From a virus, in IMG/VR virus record IMGVR_UViG_3300043446_004500, positions 89,678-153,677 of that record: 64,000 bases of DNA; one strand, written 5' to 3'. A program made the translations under genes and the position numbers. The notes beneath the pieces were generated by a model, which was not told the DNA's origin, did not search any database, and was given only the letters and a program-made list of their open reading frames with translations. Shown one piece after another: positions 30,801 to 38,134 of this stretch (its first letter is position 1; each line of letters begins with the position of its first letter).

Positions 30801-33239
30801 AATCTTTCTCAATCGGGTAGATATTTTAGAAAAATTAGATTTTTAAATGGAAATTTTTATCTTTTGACAAATAAAGACTCTTCCGATGCAAAAATTTATA
30901 GAAGTTCTGATGGACTCTCTTGGACTGAGGTGTTTAGTTATAACAATACTGCGACTTATTATTTAAATGATATTAGTTATGATGGAAACGTTTATATTGC
31001 CGTAGGAGGAGGATCCAGTTCTAATTCTGGATTAATTGTAAGAAGTATTGATGGAATTAATTGGAATATTGTCGCACAAGTTTCAAACATATATGAATCA
31101 TTTAATCACGTTAAGTCTGATGGAAGTTTGATCATTGCACAAACATCTTCTGGAAATGTATTAATACCTTATTATACAAGTAGTGATGGTGGTATTTCTT
31201 GGATAAGAAGAACTAGTCAAATATCAGATCTTTATTCTACACGACTTTGTGGACCCATAATTTTTGATGGAACTAGATTTATATCTATGGGTGGTAGTCC
31301 TACACATTCATTTATTTGTAAAACTACCATTAATGGAACAAGTTGGGACTTTACTGGACAATCTGTAAGATACAAACTTAGCAGTAGTACTTCTCTGTAT
31401 TCTCCATTAGATAGTTTAAATAGAAGTTTTAGTATTGCGGTCAACAATCTCAATACAGGAACAGTATCTACCAGTTTAATTGAAGGAAATTATTATAGAA
31501 TCAGATCTGGAATGTATGATTATCAAATTAATACAAAAACCTCTGATGGTTCTTTTGCAGCATCAACTTCAATTTATACAGGTTCATCCGATTTAGTTTG
31601 GTCTTCTATTAATTCAACTTCTGTAGTATCCACTTCAGGTTCCGGATTTACTAATATAACTGCACTAAATGGAACTACTACAGTATCCCCAAGACAAACA
31701 ACTGATTATTCTATAACTGTACAAAATTCTTCTGGAGTAAAGGCAACAGCATCAACTACTATCTTTATTGCTGGTACAACACCATCCCCTACACCTACAC
31801 CATCCCCTACACCTACACCTACGGTAGTACTAAGTTCAAATACAACATCAATAGAAAGAGGTGGTTCTGTCACATTAACTTGGTCTTCTGCTAATTCAAC
31901 ATCTATAAGTTCATACACTGGATTTGGATTTATTCCAACGTCAACTTCTGGTTCAGTGACTGTAAACAATATTACGCAAAATACGTCTTATAGTATTACA
32001 GTAACTGGACCAGGTGGAACAGTAACATCTAATACTATTTCTGTAGCAATTAAAGCACCAACAATTACTTTAAGTGCCAGTCCAACAACAGTTAATTATA
32101 ATGGATCAACAACATTAACTTGGTCCTCCACTAATGCAACATCGGTAGATTCTTCAAACTTTGGCGCTTCATCGGTCGGGGGAAGTTTAACATTATCCAA
32201 TTTAACTACTACAACTTCATCATTTTCTGCTCAAACTTATTCTATAACAGTAAGAGGTCCAGGAGGAACTGCAACTGCTTCTGTAGATGTAAATATTTTA
32301 CCCCCACCTCCTTCGGTAACACTTACCGCATCTCAAACTTCAATTCCTTATAATGGATCTGTCACTTTAACTTGGACTGCTTCTAGAGGAATTAGTGGAA
32401 CTTCAAACTTTACATCAATTGGTTTATCAAATTTAAATGGAGGATCTGTAACTCTAAACAATTTAACAACCAGTAAAAATTATTATGTCACAATTTATGG
32501 AATTGGAGGACAATCCACAACTGCATCAGTGGACATAACAGTTTTACCACAACCACCAACAGTAAATCTTTGTGCTACAAATGGTGGCGATGGATTAATG
32601 GCACAATCAACAACTTGCACCTCCACAAAAACTGTCGGATATGCTGCTCAAGTTAGTTTGTCATGGACTTCAACAAATGCAACTTCTGTAGTGTCAACAT
32701 CAGGAAAATCATTTACCGGAATAACAGCAGTAAATGGAGGATTTTCTCTCCCATATTCATATACAAGTGAAGAAACATATTCAATTACTGTTTCTGGACC
32801 TGGAGGAACTGCTACTGATTCTATAAAGATCACTCCTACAGCATGTACTCCAAATACAGGAAATAATACTTTCTCCAATTATAAATTAGGAACAGTAATT
32901 TATAATAATGGATCTAAAGATACTCTAGCAATATATCATACTTCATCTACATCATATGCCATTTCCACTAAACTCACAAATAAACCAACCTTTACCTTTG
33001 ACCAGGTTCAAACCTATATCTCAAATTATTATCGTAACAATTTAGGAAGACCTGTTGATATTAATGATCTTTCAAATTGGGTCACATTCTTCAATACAAG
33101 TTCTTATACATCTTTATCACAATTAGATGCTGACATTTTAAATAATTATAATAATGTAACTAAAGAAGCACAAAAAGTTTCTGCAAGTGGAGGAAGAAAA
33201 GGAGTTTATGATACTTGTGATAATATTTGGACTCTATAA
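27810..33239 (+). CDS. Modular virion fibre/adhesin: PDPFxF Ig-like repeats, Asp-box beta-propeller, PKD/Ig-like repeats
   Basis: Repeated PDPF/PDQF domains, SxDGxxW Asp-boxes (about 30500-31350), VTLTWSSTNA repeats and a PT linker. Confidence 0.65.
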   Translation: MSPLLGAIGGISEYNYRGNFDDWPNPFIFGNLVNVEPGSTVGVSTVITGINYKSIVTTSPGSQVSVRNIIGITSIYSGDSNTPSSTATVSIAKSTTELAVGKNIRILNTSDSTYNGVFVVSSVIDSPYVTRFTYELPGIASTARPGISTAEFNYEVYPFSESGLTYIRNDQILEVSLSTTSGNNVDFDKQYRTTVKVGKRTSDWSVRTRSKDSTPDPFFFSNLIDLNVGIATTSNSITLAGLEPGIPSFAFISSGIGSFSVNGSVGVTTANVNNGDIIFMNEVTSQNYLSTKTSFITVGTYTTSFSVTTRAADRTLNQFAFNTLVNVPINQDQVSITTSLTGADNNIPLSASVSSPGQLQVNSDNYISGSTEVFNGDNVKLKILGSTIKEYGTTYSTSLSISGVSSSFFVTTRPRPIKTFPDQFTFTDILNASPNSTVESSLVTLSGMTVGVADTGLATITGGAEFRVYRNGSLIRDYNSSSFPVKNSDQIQLRTISAGEGSRIQPKLTVSGVDTRQVISGVEGSTSDTWDVISRFLSCKVNQTTFNAALSTVSNAKIRELKSTSFTVSGLDNGCDTIITTSNPDSYIRNQNGTQVTYSQPLDIKNGDVITIYMTASAAYNTNKSTTIECKRRNGSDLVSGTWTIRTQVEDRLPDPFDLIFRSLNDITPCTYRSTFVTESLSGLSEETIVPASVTSTNGTAQISKNGGIFGTSIDGGVKNGDRIDIRLKSNCEYGGSCESATVTVGERSEDWVLCPEKISLPTVNLQANSTSINYDGSVTLTWTSTFAASVRSSSGTGFVGVGSTQGTITINNLKANTTYSITVENSKGYATSSVDIVVAPEPSPTVTLKNIDKTTIAPIYTGVKEGIYANGQYIFIGGYDPYIFDPYAYIPGKSYIFISNNGFSWEVISTNISDLLYDVSYSSGSTFVSVGSRGTIVKTTDNWKTITNHSIAFEGDFPSVTYGNGKFIAITRIRNQYVYTSTDGATWVKQTIGGSSNLSQSGRYFRKIRFLNGNFYLLTNKDSSDAKIYRSSDGLSWTEVFSYNNTATYYLNDISYDGNVYIAVGGGSSSNSGLIVRSIDGINWNIVAQVSNIYESFNHVKSDGSLIIAQTSSGNVLIPYYTSSDGGISWIRRTSQISDLYSTRLCGPIIFDGTRFISMGGSPTHSFICKTTINGTSWDFTGQSVRYKLSSSTSLYSPLDSLNRSFSIAVNNLNTGTVSTSLIEGNYYRIRSGMYDYQINTKTSDGSFAASTSIYTGSSDLVWSSINSTSVVSTSGSGFTNITALNGTTTVSPRQTTDYSITVQNSSGVKATASTTIFIAGTTPSPTPTPSPTPTPTVVLSSNTTSIERGGSVTLTWSSANSTSISSYTGFGFIPTSTSGSVTVNNITQNTSYSITVTGPGGTVTSNTISVAIKAPTITLSASPTTVNYNGSTTLTWSSTNATSVDSSNFGASSVGGSLTLSNLTTTTSSFSAQTYSITVRGPGGTATASVDVNILPPPPSVTLTASQTSIPYNGSVTLTWTASRGISGTSNFTSIGLSNLNGGSVTLNNLTTSKNYYVTIYGIGGQSTTASVDITVLPQPPTVNLCATNGGDGLMAQSTTCTSTKTVGYAAQVSLSWTSTNATSVVSTSGKSFTGITAVNGGFSLPYSYTSEETYSITVSGPGGTATDSIKITPTACTPNTGNNTFSNYKLGTVIYNNGSKDTLAIYHTSSTSYAISTKLTNKPTFTFDQVQTYISNYYRNNLGRPVDINDLSNWVTFFNTSSYTSLSQLDADILNNYNNVTKEAQKVSASGGRKGVYDTCDNIWTL

Positions 33240-33242
33240 ATA
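33235..33242 (+). promoter_or_regulatory. Late promoter TATAAATA
   Basis: Exact consensus overlapping the upstream stop codon. Confidence 0.7.
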
Positions 33243-33272
33243 GTTAAAACTTAGGGTGGATAGGGAAACCCA

Positions 33273-33911
33273 ATGGCATCTATTAACAAAAATTTTGTAG
33301 TTAAGAATGGCATTGAAGTTGGAAGTAATTTAATATTTGGAAATAATTTAACTGGAAGAGTTGGAATAGGAACAACAAATCCAGTAGAAGATGTTGATTT
33401 ATTTGGAACTACTGCAGTTGATGATTTAATCATTTCCGGCACAGTAAGTGCTGGTAGTACCATAGGCAAATCAAATCAATATTTAAGGGCAACTGGAACT
33501 GGAGTAACTTGGACAGACTTTCCAAGTTTAAGAACTGGATTTACTACAACTGCTTTAGGAAATCAAACCACCTTCACATCAACTGGTTTTTCATATACAC
33601 CAGGAATCATTGATGTTTATGTAAATGGAGCAAGATTGAGAGGAAATGGTTTATCAGATATTTCTGAATTTTCTGCTACAGATGGAAGCACAGTTACATT
33701 ACAAAATCCTTGCTTTGGTGGAGAAACTGTAGATGTATTTGGATATTCAGGAATTAGTGCAGCACAAATGGATGGTGTTGCTGGAATCGTAACAGCAACT
33801 CAAGGTTTTATTAGTATTGCAAATACTTCTCCTGTTCAAATTTTAGTTTCTGCCAATATATTAACATTTAATGTTGTTGGCATTGGAAGTACCTCTTTAA
33901 CTTTATATTGA
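33273..33911 (+). CDS. Tail-fibre-related structural protein
   Basis: KNFVVKNGIEV, RVGIGTTNP, IDVYVNGARL motifs. Confidence 0.6.
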   Translation: MASINKNFVVKNGIEVGSNLIFGNNLTGRVGIGTTNPVEDVDLFGTTAVDDLIISGTVSAGSTIGKSNQYLRATGTGVTWTDFPSLRTGFTTTALGNQTTFTSTGFSYTPGIIDVYVNGARLRGNGLSDISEFSATDGSTVTLQNPCFGGETVDVFGYSGISAAQMDGVAGIVTATQGFISIANTSPVQILVSANILTFNVVGIGSTSLTLY

Positions 33912-33937
33912 TAAATAATTAAAAATCCTCAAGACAA

Positions 33938-34270
33938 ATGGCAGTTTCAGCAGTTAATATTGTCATAGAACAAGGCACTGATTATCAAGAAGTTTTTACT
34001 GTAAACAATCCAGATGGAACTCCATTAGATCTTACGGGATACACTGGAGCAGCAAAAATTCGCAAGTTTCCAGAGTCAACAACATCTACTTCATTTAGTG
34101 TCGGTATTGTGTCTACTGCAGGACAAGTTGTAGTTTCACTTGCAAATACAGTCACCGATGACTTAAAGGGTGGAAGATATTATTATGATATAATAATTAC
34201 TTCTTCTGTTGGTAAAAAAACTAAAGTCGTTGATGGAATGGTGCTTGTAAATCCTAGTGAGTCAATCTAG
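33938..34270 (+). CDS. BppU-like small virion adaptor protein
   Basis: NIVIEQGTDY...PLDLTGYT..AKIRK...GRYYYDI..KVVDG. Confidence 0.6.
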   Translation: MAVSAVNIVIEQGTDYQEVFTVNNPDGTPLDLTGYTGAAKIRKFPESTTSTSFSVGIVSTAGQVVVSLANTVTDDLKGGRYYYDIIITSSVGKKTKVVDGMVLVNPSESI

Positions 34271-34282
34271 TGAGTCAATCTA

Positions 34283-37200
34283 ATGAGTTATAACGTAACA
34301 GTAGGATATACTCCTTCTCTCAAAGTTTCAAGAGAAGCAGCTGGTTTGCAAGGAACTCAGGGAACAACCGGTTCTCAAGGAATTGGTGGTTATATTGGTG
34401 CTGATGGATCTCAAGGAACTCAAGGAACTCAAGGGACTCAAGGGACCACAGGATCTCAAGGGGCTCAAGGATCTCAAGGAACTCAAGGAACCACAGGATC
34501 TCAAGGAACACAAGGAACCACAGGATCTCAAGGAACACAAGGAACCACAGGATCTCAAGGAACTCAGGGGACCACAGGATCTCAAGGAACTCAAGGGACT
34601 CAAGGAACACAAGGAACCACAGGATCTCAAGGAACACAAGGAACCACAGGATCTCAAGGAACACAAGGAACCACAGGATCTCAAGGAACACAAGGAACCA
34701 CAGGATCTCAAGGAACACAAGGAACCACAGGATCTCAAGGAACTCAGGGGACCACAGGATCTCAAGGTATTCAAGGAACCACAGGAACCACAGGATCTCA
34801 AGGTATTCAAGGAACCACAGGAACCACAGGATCTCAAGGTATTCAAGGAACCACAGGAACCACAGGATCTCAAGGTATTCAAGGAACCACAGGATCTCAA
34901 GGTATTCAAGGAACCACAGGATCTCAAGGTATTCAAGGAACCACAGGAACCACAGGAACCACAGGATCTCAAGGTGCTACGGGTTCTCAAGGTTCAACAG
35001 GTTCTCAAGGAACACAAGGTATTTACGGTCCAGTAGCAGGTTCTGCTAATCAAGTTGTTTACAAGGATGGATCTAATAATCCAGCTGGATCTGGTAATTT
35101 AACATTTGATGGAACTAATCTTTATGTTGCAGGAAACATAACAGTTGGTGGAACATCTTCATATATTATATCTAATCAACTTAATGTTGCAGATAAAGAT
35201 ATAGTAGTTGGATACACTACTAATGCTTTTGGTGTTGATGTTTCTACAGATACAACTGCAAATACTGGTGGTATTGCAGTTGCTTCTACCATAGGAACTC
35301 CACTAGTTAGCTTTAACTCTGGAGGAGAAATTACTCCAGATACTTATAAGCAACTAATGTGGTTTAAGGCTGGTACTTTTACTGGATTAAACACGGATGC
35401 CTGGGCATTCAACTATGCTCTTGGTATTGGAACTTTACAAATTCCAAATGGAGTAAGACTTGCTGTAGGTGGAATGCAAGTTACTGATTCAACAGTAAGC
35501 ACTCCACAATTGAGTATTTCTGGTCTTTCTACTTTTGGAAATACCATTAAACTTAATGCTGGAATACTTGATTTTTATAGTAATGTAGGCACTGCAGGAT
35601 CAATTTTAATTTCTACTGGTGCTGGAGTTTCTTGGACAACTCCTTATGCTGCCGGATTACAAGGTGTTCAAGGTACACAAGGTCTTCAGGGAACTCAAGG
35701 TACTCAAGGTTCAACAGGTTCTCAAGGAGCCACTGGAACTCAAGGTGCTACAGGTTCTCAAGGTGCTACAGGTTCTCAAGGAACTTTAGGTTCTCAAGGA
35801 GCCACTGGAACTCAAGGTGCTACAGGTTCTCAGGGTGCTACAGGTTCTCAAGGAACTTTAGGTTCTCAAGGAGCCACTGGAACTCAAGGTGCTACAGGTT
35901 CTCAAGGAACTTTAGGTTCTCAAGGAGCCACTGGAACTCAAGGTGCTACAGGTTCTCAAGGTGCTACAGGTTCTCAAGGAACTTTAGGTTCTCAAGGAAC
36001 TTTAGGTTCTCAAGGAACTTTAGGTTCTCAAGGAGCCACTGGATCTCAGGGTTCAACAGGTTCTCAAGGTTCAACAGGTGCTCAAGGAGCCACTGGATCT
36101 CAAGGTTCAACAGGTTCTCAAGGAACTTTAGGTTCTCAAGGAGCCACTGGATCTCAGGGTTCAACAGGTTCTCAAGGTTCAACAGGTGCTCAAGGAGCCA
36201 CTGGATCTCAAGGTTCAACAGGTTCTCAAGGAACTTTAGGTTCTCAAGGAACTTTAGGTTCTCAGGGTTCAACAGGTTCTCAAGGAACCACTGGAACTCA
36301 AGGTACTCAAGGAACTCAAGGTACAACAGGTCCAGTAGCAGGTTCTGCTAATCAAGTCGTTTATAAAGATTCATCTAATAATCCTGCAGGTTCTAATAAT
36401 TTTACTTTTAATGGAACATCAGTTGGCATTGGTACTACAAATCCAACCTCAAAACTTTATGTTGTTGGTGATACTTATATTACTGGTATTTTAACTGCTA
36501 ATAGAATTATAAGTTCTCTTTATGGTGAATTTACTGGTGGATCTGTTTCTGGTTCAAGTATTGTAGGAACTTCACTTTCAATATCTGGAATTTCTACTTT
36601 AGGAACCGTTCAAATTTCTTCTGGAATCGTAACAGCAACTACTGGAGTTGTTACTTATTATGGAGATGGTTCTAAATTATCTGGAATTTCTGCAAGTGCA
36701 GTAGTTGATGGATTTAATACTGGAATTACAAGTTCAGTAAGAATTCTTCCATTATCTTATGAAACTACTGTATTTACATTTCCATCAACAGCAGGAAAAC
36801 AATATGTGATTGAAAGTATTAATGTTGCAAACGTAGATACATCTGTTGGTGTAGGAACAACAGTGAATATTATTGCATCAATTCAAGATTCAACTGCAGA
36901 GCAAACATACATTGCTTATAATGTTCCTGTTGTAAATGGTGGTTTGATTGAACTGTTAAAAAATCCAATGGTTGCTGGTCCAAGTGATGTTATTAAAATG
37001 TGGGCCACAAACTCAGGTTATGTTGGAGTAAATAGTTCAGTTGAAGTTTATATAAACTATAGTGAATATACAAGCACAAGATATATTAGAGATTATTCTT
37101 CTACAGTTTCAATTGCAACAACAGACTTAACAACGGTTTATACATCAACTACTTACCCAACAACAATTCAAAGTATTCACTTAACAAATAGAACAGATAT

Positions 37201-37399
37201 TGGTGATTATCCAGTTTCTGTTACCATTACAAATGGAACATCAACCACATATCTTGCAAGAGACTTAATTATACCAAGATATTCAACTGTTGATATTTTA
37301 GATCGTCCAAAGAGAGTTGAACTTAATGGAACTATTGGTATTAAAGTTGGACAGACATCAACAATTGATGTGATTATTGCCGGTAAGCAAATTGTTTAG
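34283..37399 (+). CDS. Collagen-like fibre protein (two Gly-X-Y tracts, tandem C-terminal beta domains)
   Basis: Long GTQ/GSQ/GTT/GAT triplet tracts, each followed by GPVAGSANQVVYKD.SNNPAGS. Confidence 0.85.
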   Translation: MSYNVTVGYTPSLKVSREAAGLQGTQGTTGSQGIGGYIGADGSQGTQGTQGTQGTTGSQGAQGSQGTQGTTGSQGTQGTTGSQGTQGTTGSQGTQGTTGSQGTQGTQGTQGTTGSQGTQGTTGSQGTQGTTGSQGTQGTTGSQGTQGTTGSQGTQGTTGSQGIQGTTGTTGSQGIQGTTGTTGSQGIQGTTGTTGSQGIQGTTGSQGIQGTTGSQGIQGTTGTTGTTGSQGATGSQGSTGSQGTQGIYGPVAGSANQVVYKDGSNNPAGSGNLTFDGTNLYVAGNITVGGTSSYIISNQLNVADKDIVVGYTTNAFGVDVSTDTTANTGGIAVASTIGTPLVSFNSGGEITPDTYKQLMWFKAGTFTGLNTDAWAFNYALGIGTLQIPNGVRLAVGGMQVTDSTVSTPQLSISGLSTFGNTIKLNAGILDFYSNVGTAGSILISTGAGVSWTTPYAAGLQGVQGTQGLQGTQGTQGSTGSQGATGTQGATGSQGATGSQGTLGSQGATGTQGATGSQGATGSQGTLGSQGATGTQGATGSQGTLGSQGATGTQGATGSQGATGSQGTLGSQGTLGSQGTLGSQGATGSQGSTGSQGSTGAQGATGSQGSTGSQGTLGSQGATGSQGSTGSQGSTGAQGATGSQGSTGSQGTLGSQGTLGSQGSTGSQGTTGTQGTQGTQGTTGPVAGSANQVVYKDSSNNPAGSNNFTFNGTSVGIGTTNPTSKLYVVGDTYITGILTANRIISSLYGEFTGGSVSGSSIVGTSLSISGISTLGTVQISSGIVTATTGVVTYYGDGSKLSGISASAVVDGFNTGITSSVRILPLSYETTVFTFPSTAGKQYVIESINVANVDTSVGVGTTVNIIASIQDSTAEQTYIAYNVPVVNGGLIELLKNPMVAGPSDVIKMWATNSGYVGVNSSVEVYINYSEYTSTRYIRDYSSTVSIATTDLTTVYTSTTYPTTIQSIHLTNRTDIGDYPVSVTITNGTSTTYLARDLIIPRYSTVDILDRPKRVELNGTIGIKVGQTSTIDVIIAGKQIV
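34342..35020 (+). repeat. Collagen-coding tandem 9/27-nt repeats, tract 1
   Basis: Units such as GGATCTCAA GGAACACAA GGAACCACA. Confidence 0.9.
35654..36330 (+). repeat. Collagen-coding tandem repeats, tract 2
   Basis: Units GGTTCTCAA / GGTGCTACA / GGAACTTTA / GGAGCCACT. Confidence 0.9.
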
Positions 37400-37413
37400 T
37401 GAGGTAATAAGAA

Positions 37414-37452
37414 ATGAGTATTCGTGAAGATGTATTTGGATTACCACAATAA
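37414..37452 (+). pseudogene. 12-codon remnant (MSIREDVFGLPQ) of a deleted Kelch-like repeat gene
   Basis: GAGGT SD. N-terminus resembles the RGIFxL leaders of the two propeller genes. 37438-37456 is identical to 42976-42994, the end of the 641-aa gene. Confidence 0.65.
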
Positions 37453-37477
37453 ATACCTCAAACACACATAAAACATT

Positions 37478-38131
37478 ATGAGTCTAATGATTGCTCTCCC
37501 TTGTCATGGGGGAATTGTGAGTGAAAAAACAACAATGAGTTTATTCAATCTAGGCAAACTTCTTGCTAGAAATAATATTTCTCACGGACTTTTAACACAG
37601 GCAAATTCTTCTTTAATTACAATTGGAAGATCTAAGTGTGTTAATTTTTTCTTGAATAATACAGAACACGAATATCTTCTTTTCTTAGACAGTGATATTG
37701 GTTTCAATCCAGAAGATGTATTAAAACTTTTATCTCATCAAGTTGATATTGTTTCTGGTGCTTATCCAATGAAAACGATACCTATTCGGTATTGCATTGA
37801 TATACTGCAACCAGAAGAACGAAAAGGTGATTTAATTAAAATTGGTGGAAATGGAATGGGATTTGTTCTTATTCATCGCAATGTGTTTTTGAATATATCA
37901 CAAAATTTTCCAGAACTTAAATACATTCCACCAACAAATGATAGCAATTATTCACCAACACAAGCAGAGTTAAATAATTCATATCATTATTTTATGGAGC
38001 ACAAAGAAAATAATTCCTTTATGAGTGAGGACAAAAGTTTCTTTTTCCGTGCTAAAATGTTAGGATATGATATATGGTTAGATACATCAATTAAATTGCA
38101 ACACATTGGTTCACATATTTTTACTGAGTAA
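37478..38131 (+). CDS. GT-A fold glycosyltransferase
   Basis: LMIALPC, YLLFLDSDI (DxD), VSGAYP, GMGFVLI.R, SEDKSF, IWLDTSIKLQHIG. Confidence 0.85.
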   Translation: MSLMIALPCHGGIVSEKTTMSLFNLGKLLARNNISHGLLTQANSSLITIGRSKCVNFFLNNTEHEYLLFLDSDIGFNPEDVLKLLSHQVDIVSGAYPMKTIPIRYCIDILQPEERKGDLIKIGGNGMGFVLIHRNVFLNISQNFPELKYIPPTNDSNYSPTQAELNNSYHYFMEHKENNSFMSEDKSFFFRAKMLGYDIWLDTSIKLQHIGSHIFTE

Positions 38132-38134
38132 CTT

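Noticed and set aside
31778-31822. ACACCATCCCCTACACCT repeat as a regulatory repeat
   Set aside because: Encodes a Pro-Thr linker between domains.
22107-33239. Introns or inteins in the giant structural genes
   Set aside because: ORFs are uninterrupted, and no splice-junction or endonuclease motifs were recognised.
34320-36351. Alternative-frame and antisense ORFs over collagen tracts (also 51265-52088)
   Set aside because: Shadow ORFs caused by 9-nt periodic repeats that lack stops.
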